A stretch of DNA of 64,000 nt, taken from the NCBI GenBank assembly GCA_003173855.1, contig PPGI01000010.1, positions 148,696 to 212,695 of the forward strand, written 5' to 3'. Every line of letters begins with the position of its first letter. Positions within the stretch are counted from its first letter, which is position 1. The position numbers were made by a program, and so were the translations under genes. Of this stretch, positions 49,090 through 58,555 are shown one piece after another. Source of the stretch: Candidatus Zambryskiibacteriota bacterium (GTDB taxonomy: Bacteria > Patescibacteriota > Minisyncoccia > Phycocordibacterales > DATDWN01). Below the pieces are notes generated by a model, which was given only the letters and a program-made list of their open reading frames with translations, had not been told where the DNA came from and ran no database searches.

Positions 49090-49695
49090 TTATTTTATGT
49101 ATTTTTTCTTCCAAACAACAGAATTTTTTGGAAACCACCAATTATTTGAATCAATATCAGTTATTGCACGGGCAAGATCTTTGCCTTGCGGTGTTTTTAA
49201 TCGCTCAACTGCTCTCTGCATCCATTCAAAAGCTCTGGTATTGCCTGTATCTACTTCTTCCTTAAGAGAAAGAATCCACTCTAAATTATCGGCATCCTTA
49301 ACCAAAAGAGCTTCTTTTGATTCTCTTTTTTCATATTCTTCCAAAGTATTGAACATGTCTTTGCCAAACGGCACAGAATCAGAAATATCTTTGACAGCAC
49401 TATGCTCGCGTCGTTCAACATATTTTTGATGAATATGATTTAAATCAGAAATTCTAGTTTCTGAAATATCGTGAAAAAGGCACATTTTTAAAACCTTAAG
49501 TACATCAACTGTGCCATCCATTTGGGCTAGAGCATACCCAATAAAGGCCACGCGATTTACATGCTCTGCTACTGACTGTTTTCCTGTGCCTAGAAAATGA
49601 AATCCGCTTCGTGGAGTTTTTGCAAGCATGCCAACTTCAAACAGAAAATTTACAATGTCTCTATTTGCATTTCGATCTAATTTCCCTTTTTTCAT
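49090..49695 (-). CDS. HD-domain phosphohydrolase (YfbR/HDDC2-like)
   Basis: 'PRSG', 'SVAEH', 'FHDISE.R.SD', 'KDADNLE'. Confidence 0.9.
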   Translation of the reverse strand: MKKGKLDRNANRDIVNFLFEVGMLAKTPRSGFHFLGTGKQSVAEHVNRVAFIGYALAQMDGTVDVLKVLKMCLFHDISETRISDLNHIHQKYVERREHSAVKDISDSVPFGKDMFNTLEEYEKRESKEALLVKDADNLEWILSLKEEVDTGNTRAFEWMQRAVERLKTPQGKDLARAITDIDSNNWWFPKNSVVWKKKYIK

Positions 49696-50540
49696 TATAG
49701 TGAATCGATTTCATCCATTACCTTTGTAATTTTCTCCTGATTTAATCCAATTTCTCGTAATAAATCGGGTTTTGACTGGATCGTTTTGCATAATATCACA
49801 CCTTGATCAAGTAGAGCTTTTTTCTCGTGGCCATTTAAACTTACGAGACAAGTTAGCGGATGAAGTTTAGATTCCAAAATCATATCGTGCAAATTACCTT
49901 TTGGGGGATAATTCCAGCCGATCATCACTAGCCCACCCTGGCACGAGCCGTATTCAATTGCCGAAGATGTAAACTTAGTGTTTGTTATTAACCAACCTTC
50001 ATCAAGTTTCCTTTTTTGGCCAGGCTCGGCACCATAGTCAAATGTCATTTCGCGTAAATCATCAAATCGAGCCTTAACATAAAGTGCCACTTTTAGATCA
50101 GATTTTATTCCAAGCTCATTATGGAATTTTGCTTCAACCATAAGCAACTTTTCCTTGTTCCAGGCGATGACATCAATTTCGTGCTCAACACAAAATCCGC
50201 GTACAATTTTTCCAGTTTCAGTTGTAAAACCGCGCTCTTTAAAAATCTCTGCAACAAAATCTTCAAATGGAAAACCTGATGGTCCAAGCTCTTGAATAGC
50301 TCGTTTTAGTGAGTACCGAAGTGCAATTGGCTTCTCATTTTTATGTAAAAGCTCAAAAGCATGTTTATAAATCTCATGGGTTGTTGTGTTTTGCTCTAGA
50401 TGAGCCTTGAGGTGAGCAATAATATCAAAAACTATTTTTGATGAGGCTCCAGCACGTTTCAGAGAGTATTCCAATTTTTCAGGATCAAATAATTCGCGTG
50501 TTCCATCAGCTTTGAGAACATATATCTGTTCAGAATTCAT
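49695..50540 (-). CDS. ATP-cone plus Mrr-like (PD-D/ExK) domain protein
   Basis: 'VLKADG.RELFDPEKL' ATP cone; 'FEDFVAEIF', 'HEIDV', 'VEAKFH', 'ITNTKFT'. Confidence 0.85.
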   Translation of the reverse strand: MNSEQIYVLKADGTRELFDPEKLEYSLKRAGASSKIVFDIIAHLKAHLEQNTTTHEIYKHAFELLHKNEKPIALRYSLKRAIQELGPSGFPFEDFVAEIFKERGFTTETGKIVRGFCVEHEIDVIAWNKEKLLMVEAKFHNELGIKSDLKVALYVKARFDDLREMTFDYGAEPGQKRKLDEGWLITNTKFTSSAIEYGSCQGGLVMIGWNYPPKGNLHDMILESKLHPLTCLVSLNGHEKKALLDQGVILCKTIQSKPDLLREIGLNQEKITKVMDEIDSL

Positions 50541-50577
50541 ATGAGGATTATCTCACAAAATTTTATTAAAACGAAAA

Positions 50578-50603
50578 CCCAGCACTAGATTACAAGTGCT
50601 GGG
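50578..50603 (-). terminator. intrinsic terminator of the cassette ORF
   Basis: CCCAGCACT-loop-AGTGCTGGG with TTTTCGTTTT on the minus strand. Confidence 0.75.
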
Positions 50604-50620
50604 CACTAATCAATCGTACA

Positions 50621-50827
50621 TCATATGGAACATTGTTCATGTTGAAGTATCTCCTGTCGAAGTCCTTCATCAGGAAGAAAGTCTTCGAGTTTTTTCCCTT
50701 CTTTGCTTACAAGATATATTGCTCTGGCAGCTTTCGCACAAACTTTAACAGTCCCACAACCTGGTTCTTGATTCACGAGTTCAAGCCATTCTCCGATTGC
50801 TCCTGATGCCGTCCTTGGCAAACTCAT
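50621..50827 (-). CDS. orphan protein (~68 aa), solitary cassette
   Basis: Open frame between mnmA and the ATP-cone gene with its own terminator; weak SD, start uncertain. Confidence 0.55.
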   Translation of the reverse strand: MSLPRTASGAIGEWLELVNQEPGCGTVKVCAKAARAIYLVSKEGKKLEDFLPDEGLRQEILQHEQCSI

Positions 50828-50882
50828 AAGAAACTTCCAATCTTTTATCACCTTAACATTTTATTTGCCTGAACCCAAATTA

Positions 50883-52031
50883 TCACACTTCCTCTATTAT
50901 TCCTCCGCAAAGACAAACTTCGCCATCATAAAGTACTGTTGATTGGCCAACTGCCACTCCGTTTTGAGGATTGTCAAAAATAATATGGTAGCCATCTGAT
51001 TTTTTTTCGAGTGAGCAATTTTGTTTTTCCTGACGATATCTGATTCGAACAGAAGTTCTAACAGGCAGTTGAGGTTCTTTGCCTGAAATAAAATGTAGAT
51101 CTTTAACAACAATTTCTTTTGCAGAATATACTTTATCAGATTCTGTTTCCTTGTCTGCAACTGTAATGGTATTTTTCTCTAAATCTTTTGCTATAACAAA
51201 GTATCGCGGGTCATTTGGTGATTTTTTTGTAATTCTAAAGCCATGTCTCTCACCTATCGTATAAAGTATTGCTCCATCATGTTCACCAATAACCTCGCCT
51301 TGAGTGTTTAAAACTTTACCAGGCAAAGTTTTAATGTAATGCAATAAAAACTCTTTCATATCAACTTTTCCAATAAAACAAAGTCCTTGGCTATCCTTTT
51401 TCTCTGCTGTTGGTAATCCAAACTTTTTTGCAAGCATTCTAACTTCTGGTTTTGTCATTCCCCCAACAGGAAAAAGTGCACGACTTAATTGATCTTGATT
51501 TAAGGTGTAGAGAAAATATGATTGATCTTTATTTTTATCAACTGATTCTAAAAGTTGGTATTCTAACTCCGTTGAGTCAGAACTTTTTATAGGGGTTAGG
51601 GGTAGGGTCTGGCCTATCAAAAGTTCTGACGAATAAGGAGTTCGAACTTGTGCATAATGTCCAGTAGCAATAAAATCAGCTCCCATTTCCATTGCTTTTT
51701 TCAAAAACACTCCAAATTTTACATATTTATTGCAAAAAACGTCTGGATTAGGCACTCGACCAGCAGAATATTCGCGAATCATATAATCAACAACTTCTTG
51801 TTTGTATTCGATTTGGCAATCTAGAGTTATGAATGGTACATCTAATGTTGCACAAACTCGCATTGCACTTCGTCTCTCTTCTCGCCAATCGCAAAGTATG
51901 AAATCTGGATGCCAAACTTTTAAAAAAACTCCTGTAACATCAAAACCTTGTTCTTTAAGCAACGCCAAAGAAACAGAGCTATCTACTCCGCCAGAAACTC
52001 CAACAAAAACTTTTTTTCTTTTATTTTCCAT
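50883..52031 (-). CDS. mnmA: tRNA 2-thiouridylase
   Basis: 'SGGVDSS', 'PNPDVFCN', 'ATGHYA', 'KDQSYFL', 'KKDSQGLCFIG'. Confidence 0.98.
   Translation of the reverse strand: MENKRKKVFVGVSGGVDSSVSLALLKEQGFDVTGVFLKVWHPDFILCDWREERRSAMRVCATLDVPFITLDCQIEYKQEVVDYMIREYSAGRVPNPDVFCNKYVKFGVFLKKAMEMGADFIATGHYAQVRTPYSSELLIGQTLPLTPIKSSDSTELEYQLLESVDKNKDQSYFLYTLNQDQLSRALFPVGGMTKPEVRMLAKKFGLPTAEKKDSQGLCFIGKVDMKEFLLHYIKTLPGKVLNTQGEVIGEHDGAILYTIGERHGFRITKKSPNDPRYFVIAKDLEKNTITVADKETESDKVYSAKEIVVKDLHFISGKEPQLPVRTSVRIRYRQEKQNCSLEKKSDGYHIIFDNPQNGVAVGQSTVLYDGEVCLCGGIIEEV
51561..51646. repeat. palindromic insertion inside the mnmA coding sequence (frame preserved)
   Basis: Nested IRs AACTCC/GGAGTT, GTCAGAACTTTT/AAAAGTTCTGAC, ATAGG/CCTAT; encodes an extra loop after 'GHYAQV'. 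Confidence 0.7.
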
Positions 52032-52069
52032 AATAACAGTTCAGGGGTCATGCTTGTGCGTGACCCCTG

Positions 52070-52357
52070 TTAAGTAAGGAGGGAAATGATCTTTGTAAAC
52101 AAGGTGTCTTTAAGAAAATCTTTTTGATTCCCGTTCTGACTGACCTTGTAATACACTGAACAAATCCCAGTATTGTACTCTCCTTTCGCCACCATATTTT
52201 CAAAAAGGCATCCTTCACCGTGCGGAGAATAACAAAAAACTGAACCATCTCTCGCAATTGTGATCAATTGCTTCTCCTTGAAGAGTGTATGACAGTGATC
52301 ACAAGCTGTCACGTTTCCATAATAGACACCATTTAAAGTTTTATCACCATTTGGCAC
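52070..52357 (-). CDS. orphan Cys-rich (CxxC) small protein, solitary cassette
   Basis: TGgTATAGT -10, SD GGAGG, GTG at 52357, 'CDHCH...FCY....GC'; hairpin 52042-52069. Confidence 0.65.
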   Translation of the reverse strand: MPNGDKTLNGVYYGNVTACDHCHTLFKEKQLITIARDGSVFCYSPHGEGCLFENMVAKGEYNTGICSVYYKVSQNGNQKDFLKDTLFTKIISLLT

Positions 52358-52390
52358 ATGCATGCCTCCGAACAGAACTATACCATAAAT

Positions 52391-53353
52391 TTAATTAAGG
52401 TACAGCTCAGCGTTCCGCTTATGTTGCTCAAAAGTTTGGGCATAATGAATTGTCCCATCACGGCTAGAAAGATAATAAAGATATTTTGTTGTAATCGGGT
52501 TAACTGCTGCAAAAAGCGCATCTACTCCTGGATTATCGATAGGCCCAGGCGGGAGACCTTTATATAAGTAAGTATTATAGGGAGAATTTATTTTTAAATC
52601 GTCAGCAGTCAATTGATAAGTATTTTTACCGTTTATGTAAAGAAATGTTGCATCGACTTGAAGTGGCATACCAAGTTGCAAGCGTTTCCATAAAATTCCA
52701 GCAATAATTCTCCTAGACTCTGTTGTTCGGGCTTCATTTTCTAAAATTGAGGCCATTGTGATTATGTCGCCGAGAGATTTTGTTGTTGTAGCAATTCCTG
52801 GAACACTTTTTATTTTTTCGTTAAATGTTTTCTCCATTTTATCAATCAGAACCTCTGGCTTAATTGTCGGAGAGACAAAATATGTATCAGGAAAAAGATA
52901 GCCTTCCTCTTTTTTTGCAATATTTAAAAAGCGTACTTGATTAAAATTAACCAAGTTTTTTTTAAGATAATCTGCAATTTGAGTGCTGTCCCATCCTTCA
53001 GGTATTGTAATTCTTGCTGTTGTTAAGTGAAAGCGGGCATGAACCAATCGATATGCAATATTTATTGGTCCGGCTTTTTCATCGAGCAAATAATCTCCAG
53101 CAATTACTCCCCTCTCGCCTCCTTGTAGAATAACTGCAGTTCGAAACCAAAAAGGCGATCGAATGATATGTAAACTTTCTAAATCGCTTGTTATCTTATC
53201 CAGTGACTCTCCGGAGTAAATTGTAACTACTTGACCCAAAGGAAATTCTTTTGGAACTTCAAAATAATATGAAAGTGCAGCGAATAAAATAAAAAGACCG
53301 GCAGATAGGAAAAGGATTTTTTTATTAGCTTCAAAAAATTTCTTGAATTCCAT
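52391..53353 (-). CDS. mltG: endolytic transglycosylase MltG
   Basis: 'TIPEG', 'EGYLFPDTY', 'MASILENE', 'SPYNTY..GLPPGPI.NPG'. Confidence 0.95.
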   Translation of the reverse strand: MEFKKFFEANKKILFLSAGLFILFAALSYYFEVPKEFPLGQVVTIYSGESLDKITSDLESLHIIRSPFWFRTAVILQGGERGVIAGDYLLDEKAGPINIAYRLVHARFHLTTARITIPEGWDSTQIADYLKKNLVNFNQVRFLNIAKKEEGYLFPDTYFVSPTIKPEVLIDKMEKTFNEKIKSVPGIATTTKSLGDIITMASILENEARTTESRRIIAGILWKRLQLGMPLQVDATFLYINGKNTYQLTADDLKINSPYNTYLYKGLPPGPIDNPGVDALFAAVNPITTKYLYYLSSRDGTIHYAQTFEQHKRNAELYLN

Positions 53354-54597
53354 TATATTGGAATGTTGAATGGAGCCTCTGCTTTGCGAGATTCAATTCT
53401 AGCAAATGTTGGTGTAGTCGAAACTCCACCAGGGAAATGATACATGGTTGCCAGCTCTTCGGTGTTCAAAACGAAATATTTTTTATTATATGGTTTGTAA
53501 AAATAAGCTCGACGTTTGTAAGCATCAAGCAAATATTGCCTTGCTTTATTTTTTTTCTGATCGGAATACGCCATCCAAGGGAACCACTTGTAATTGTTTG
53601 GAATTCCACGTGCTGGCTTAAAACCATTTAGCGGTGAATTAAAATGCATTATCCCGCCAATTAAGCTCCCTATTCTAGAAGGATCAAAACTTTCTTTTGG
53701 TGAGATATACATCAGTCTAATGCCTGTATCAAAGCCGTTTTTGGAAACACTTCGAGCTAATGAAGTAATTTTTTCCTTATCAACATCATGAAGTGGGGCA
53801 CCTGTCCCAGGAATTACTTTGCCATCTGGGCCCTTCTCACCTTTCGCCGCATCTTGAATTTTTTTAATTTCTTCTTCAGCCCCTTTTTTCCATTTAAGAT
53901 CGGCGGCTTCACCTGTTTTTGGATCCTTATCTTCTTTTACGTGTGCCCGAATAATGATCTGAAGCCAAGCTTGCTCGCCGCGGCGAATTGCACCAAGTGC
54001 TTCAATCAATGGTGTTAATGGATCAATTTTAACTTCTTCTTTGGGATCTTTATCCATTCCATAATCAATATAGGTTTTTATCGGGAAATAATCTTTTTGA
54101 GTTAAATCAAATTCTGTAGCAAAAATATTATTTACTTCTGGATCAAAAACAACAGGCAATGTGTAATCTGGCACTTCGTATATTTCAATGCCGGGATATT
54201 GCGAGTAAAGATTAGCCTCAATTTGGCTCTTTGCTCCCTTTCTTGCCCAAATATAAAAGTGAACCGCTCCATCAATCGAAACAATTTCCAATGAAAACCA
54301 TGAACGAACTGATCCTTTCCAAAATTTTTCATACCAATTGCCTTCTCCAAGTGTAGAGTACAATCCAGAAATAAAAAATTCTGCAGCTTGTGGAGATTTG
54401 AAGATATCTTTTGGTAATTTTACTTCAAGCAATATATAAGTTTGAGCAGCAAAAAAAAGTGCTCGACGATATTGGACCCACAAATCCCAAAGAATTACTG
54501 CAGCGGCTGCCGGAACAAAAACATAAGCCGCATAATAGAGAATTTTGAAAGTAAGCAGCATTTGCGGGCTGCTAAATAGTTTAAAAATAGCGTTCAT
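53353..54597 (-). CDS. conserved hypothetical membrane protein of CPR type
   Basis: N-terminal TM; 'FSLEIVS', 'YSQYP..EI', 'PIKTY', 'LNTEELATMYHFP'. Confidence 0.75.
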   Translation of the reverse strand: MNAIFKLFSSPQMLLTFKILYYAAYVFVPAAAAVILWDLWVQYRRALFFAAQTYILLEVKLPKDIFKSPQAAEFFISGLYSTLGEGNWYEKFWKGSVRSWFSLEIVSIDGAVHFYIWARKGAKSQIEANLYSQYPGIEIYEVPDYTLPVVFDPEVNNIFATEFDLTQKDYFPIKTYIDYGMDKDPKEEVKIDPLTPLIEALGAIRRGEQAWLQIIIRAHVKEDKDPKTGEAADLKWKKGAEEEIKKIQDAAKGEKGPDGKVIPGTGAPLHDVDKEKITSLARSVSKNGFDTGIRLMYISPKESFDPSRIGSLIGGIMHFNSPLNGFKPARGIPNNYKWFPWMAYSDQKKNKARQYLLDAYKRRAYFYKPYNKKYFVLNTEELATMYHFPGGVSTTPTFARIESRKAEAPFNIPI

Positions 54598-54651
54598 TTC
54601 TATATTATATCGCAGCCAACAAAAAACCCAAGCTTTTGCTCGGGCTTCTTG

Positions 54652-55692
54652 TTAGACAGTTACCATATACTTGCCATCTTTCTGCTTTTTGAAATATTTC
54701 GGATTTTGGAGATTGACCATGATTGTATTTTCTTTCACATATCTTTCCTTTAGAACTTTCTTTACGATCTCATCTTTTGTCATCGGTCCATTTTTTTCAA
54801 TAATTTTTTTGATGACATCTTTTACAACTCCAGACATGTAACCCCATTCTGAAAGTGCATAAAGTCCTCGTCCAACCAAAACAAATCGCGGATCTTTGAT
54901 AAGTTCGTTGTGAGTTGTAGCAACGTGAGCTTTCTTATGAAAAAGTTCAGTGATAAGTTTTGCCACTTCCCGGAAATGAATTGGTGAGCCATGTCGGCGG
55001 ATAACCAAATATGCATAATCTCGCATGCCTTTTGCATTAATATTTGGAGATTGTGTTTTGCCCCATTCACCCAGCTGATTTTGATCAATTAGTTTTGAAA
55101 GAGTCAGCCATCGTTTTGCAATTTCCTGATTTTTGTATTTTTCAGAAACATCTTTTAGGTGTTCTAAAAACTTCTCAACCATGTCTGATTCAAGCAAGAT
55201 TTCATCATCAGAAAGTGTTGCGTAAAGATTTCGTAGCGATGAATGGATCTTCTTTGATAATTCCTTATCAATTGTCCATCGATGCTTGAACTCATTATCT
55301 TCTTTTTCCTTTGTAAAATCCTCTCCAACAACTAATAAAAAGTGTAGCTGATTTTGTGTAGCCTTATCTTTTGCCAAATGCTTCAGCAAACCTTCTTCAG
55401 TGACAACTGAACCAAGGTTAGAAATAACTTCGCGAAGTTCATCAAAAGCTGCTTTCTCTTTTGTGTATTCTTTTGATTTGCGGATATTTATAATTGAGTA
55501 GTTTTCGATTTGTCGAACTCGTTCTCGAGTGATTTTGTATTTCTTGCCAATAGCTTCAAGTGTCATTCTTTTTGAGTCTTGGCCAAGCCCAAAACGTGAA
55601 GTGATGACATCTCGTGAACGATCTCCAAGTACAGACAAAAGCCTCTTTGTGACCTGTTTTGGCTTGAATGTGATTTGTGTTTTATCCGCCAT
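54652..55692 (-). CDS. sigma70 region-4 HTH protein with C-terminal winged-helix domains
   Basis: 'RFGL....MTLEAIG..YKITRERVRQIE'; 'HNELIKDPRFVLVGRGLYAL.EWGY'. Confidence 0.85.
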   Translation of the reverse strand: MADKTQITFKPKQVTKRLLSVLGDRSRDVITSRFGLGQDSKRMTLEAIGKKYKITRERVRQIENYSIINIRKSKEYTKEKAAFDELREVISNLGSVVTEEGLLKHLAKDKATQNQLHFLLVVGEDFTKEKEDNEFKHRWTIDKELSKKIHSSLRNLYATLSDDEILLESDMVEKFLEHLKDVSEKYKNQEIAKRWLTLSKLIDQNQLGEWGKTQSPNINAKGMRDYAYLVIRRHGSPIHFREVAKLITELFHKKAHVATTHNELIKDPRFVLVGRGLYALSEWGYMSGVVKDVIKKIIEKNGPMTKDEIVKKVLKERYVKENTIMVNLQNPKYFKKQKDGKYMVTV

Positions 55693-55796
55693 AAGTTGTT
55701 TATTTAACCCAATAATTAAAGGGTTCCAAACGAATGTTCGTTATTTTTATCATTAGACCACAATTTAGTCAAGTCCTCTTGACTAACGTTAAATAA

Positions 55797-58394
55797 TTAC
55801 GCGACTACAAGATTTAAAAGCTTATCTTTGATGTAGATAATTTTTTTTATCTCTCTGTTCATTATCCATTTTTCAACATCAGGAAGTCCTCGAGCAATTG
55901 AAACAATTTCGTCTTGTGATAATCCTTTTACAATATGAGCTTCTGATCTTACTTTTCCGTTTATCTGCACAGCAATAGTTACCTCTTCTTCAAGCATTTT
56001 ATTTTTATCTGCTCTTGGCCAAGACTCTTGAACAAGCAAAGATTTGTGACCAAGATTACTCCATAATTCCTCTGTCATGTGCGGTGCAAAAGGGGAGAGA
56101 ATTTTCAAAAATAATTCAAAATCTGATTTAGAAATTTTATCAAGTTTATCCATTTCATTAACTAAAATCATCATTGCAGAGACTGCAGTATTAAATGCAA
56201 AGCTTTCAATATCTTCTGATACTTTTCGTATCGTTTTGTGCAGTGTTGCAGTAAATTTCTTATCTTGTTTTGCTTTTCGATTAACTCGCTCACTTAATCT
56301 CCAGACACGCTCAATAAACCGTCTCGATCCTATAATATTGTCTGTGCTCCATGGCATCGAACCTTCAAACGGTCCCATAAACATTTCATAGACTCGCAAA
56401 GTATCTGCTCCGTAATTTCGAACTACATCTCTCGGGTCAATGGTGTTTCCCCAACGTTTCGACATTTTTCGATTGTCCGTACCTAAAATAAGTCCTTGAT
56501 TTTTAAGTGTTTGAAACGGCTCGTCAGTTACCACTAAATCAAGATCTTTTAAAAACATATGCCAAAACCGTGAATATAATAGGTGTCCGGTTGCATGTTC
56601 TGCTCCACCAACATACATATCAACATTTCTCCAATAATTAATTGCTTTTCGATCTGCAAATGCTTTCTTATTATGAGCATCCATGTAGCGCAAGAAGTAC
56701 CAGCTTGATCCAGCCCAACCTGGCATTGTGTTTGTCTCAAGACCTTGTTTTACCCACGATTTAACAGCGGCCAAAGGAGATTCTCCAGTTCCTGTCGGTT
56801 GATACGATTTAACTTCTGGAAGTTTGAGTGGTAGTTCCCGATCACGAAGAGGAGTTATGGTTCCATCTTTATTGTGTCGAAGCGGAATCGGCTCTCCCCA
56901 ATATCTCTGCCTTGCAAAAACAGCATCCCTCATTTTGTATTTTGTCACAATTTTTCCACCAACAAATTCTGTAATTTTTTTCTTTGCTTTGTCAGTTGGC
57001 ATTCCTGTAAATTCACCTGAATGAATTAAATATCCATCACCTTCATAATGATCATACTCAAGAATAAGTTCTTGTGGAGCCATTGATCTTTTTCCATAAG
57101 GAATTGTTCTCAATCCTTTTTCATCATTAAAATTTATTTCAATAACTTTTTTAATCGGCAAATTGTATTTTTTTGCAAATTCAAAATCGCGTTCGTCATG
57201 CGCTGGTACAGCCATGATTGCTCCTGTTCCATAGTGAGCTAGAACATAATCAGCAACAAACAATGGAATTTTCTCTCCATTTGCGGGATTTATTGCTTTT
57301 ACACCTTTTAATTCAACCCCAGTTTTCTCCTTTTTATCATCAGTTCTTTCAGCTTCTGTTTTATTTTTGACCACTGCGATATATCGAAGTACTTCTTCTC
57401 TGTTATCTAAAACACCAATATGGTTATTATCAACTGCTAAAGTTACCCAAGGATGTTCAGGTGCTAAAACCATATAAGTTGCACCAAATAAAGTATCTGG
57501 TCTTGTAGTAAAAACTGGAATTCGACCAGGTTTTTGGCCATGATCAAAAACAATTTGAAATTCAATTTCAGATCCATCTGACTTTCCTATCCAATTTCTC
57601 TGGATTTCTTTTAAATGTTCTGACCAATTTAGTTTGTCTAAACCTGTAAGCAAACGATCTGCATATTCTGTTGTACGCAAAAACCACTGTCTCATTTGTT
57701 TTTTAACAACTGGATAACCACCACGTTCCGAAACTGGGCCTTTTGGTGTATCAACAATTTCATCATTTGCCAACACTGTTCCCAAAATTGGAGACCAATT
57801 AACTTCACTGTAGCCTTCATAAGCTATGCGATACTTCATCAACTCATCTTGTTTTTCTTTTTCACTTTTCATTTTCCAAGTTGAATCTTCCTTTTCGAAT
57901 TTCTTAACTAAAGTCTCAATCGGTTCAGCTTTATCTGTTTTTTTGTTGTACCAGGAACCGTACATTTTTAAAAACATCCACTGTGTCCATTTATAAAAAG
58001 CTGGGTCAGTTGTATTTACTTTGCGAGACCAGTCATACGAAAGTCCGATAATCATCAACTGACTTTCAAATGTTTTTATATTTTCCTCCACTGCTTTTCG
58101 CGGATGAATGTGATGCTCAAGTGCGTATTGTTCTGCTGGCAAACCAAAGGCATCATAACCCATCGGATGAAGAACATTAAATCCCTGCATTCGCTTCATT
58201 CGAGCATAAACATCAGAACCAATGTAACCCTTTGGATGACCGACATGAAGTCCAGTTCCTGACGGATACGGAAACATATCGAGCACATAATGCTTTTTCT
58301 TTTTTGAACTATTTGGAGTGAAATAGGCTTTTTTCTTTACCCAAGTAGATTGCCACTTTTTTTCGATTTCTAAATGATCGTATTCACGCATCAA
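55797..58394 (-). CDS. leuS: leucine--tRNA ligase
   Basis: 'MFPYPSG.GLHVGH', editing 'FTTRPDT', 'GTGAIMAVPAHD', 'KMSKR'. Confidence 0.98.
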   Translation of the reverse strand: MMREYDHLEIEKKWQSTWVKKKAYFTPNSSKKKKHYVLDMFPYPSGTGLHVGHPKGYIGSDVYARMKRMQGFNVLHPMGYDAFGLPAEQYALEHHIHPRKAVEENIKTFESQLMIIGLSYDWSRKVNTTDPAFYKWTQWMFLKMYGSWYNKKTDKAEPIETLVKKFEKEDSTWKMKSEKEKQDELMKYRIAYEGYSEVNWSPILGTVLANDEIVDTPKGPVSERGGYPVVKKQMRQWFLRTTEYADRLLTGLDKLNWSEHLKEIQRNWIGKSDGSEIEFQIVFDHGQKPGRIPVFTTRPDTLFGATYMVLAPEHPWVTLAVDNNHIGVLDNREEVLRYIAVVKNKTEAERTDDKKEKTGVELKGVKAINPANGEKIPLFVADYVLAHYGTGAIMAVPAHDERDFEFAKKYNLPIKKVIEINFNDEKGLRTIPYGKRSMAPQELILEYDHYEGDGYLIHSGEFTGMPTDKAKKKITEFVGGKIVTKYKMRDAVFARQRYWGEPIPLRHNKDGTITPLRDRELPLKLPEVKSYQPTGTGESPLAAVKSWVKQGLETNTMPGWAGSSWYFLRYMDAHNKKAFADRKAINYWRNVDMYVGGAEHATGHLLYSRFWHMFLKDLDLVVTDEPFQTLKNQGLILGTDNRKMSKRWGNTIDPRDVVRNYGADTLRVYEMFMGPFEGSMPWSTDNIIGSRRFIERVWRLSERVNRKAKQDKKFTATLHKTIRKVSEDIESFAFNTAVSAMMILVNEMDKLDKISKSDFELFLKILSPFAPHMTEELWSNLGHKSLLVQESWPRADKNKMLEEEVTIAVQINGKVRSEAHIVKGLSQDEIVSIARGLPDVEKWIMNREIKKIIYIKDKLLNLVVA

Positions 58395-58428
58395 TCTATC
58401 CTATCAAAAATTCTAGCCTTATCAATTC

Positions 58429-58555
58429 TTATAATCAGTTAAATTGCCTCAGATGCTAGGCCGAGAAGATTTTTCGAGTGAGCCTTACAAGTAGTAAGGT
58501 GAACGAGAAAAATTGAACGAGAACAAAGCAGATGAGGTAATTTTACTGATTATAA
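58429..58555. repeat. ERIC-like palindromic intergenic element, copy B
   Basis: TTATAATCAGTTAAATTGCCTCAGATGCTAGG...GAGCCTTACAAGTAGTAAGGTGA...GCAGATGAGGTAATTTTACTGATTATAA. Confidence 0.8.
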
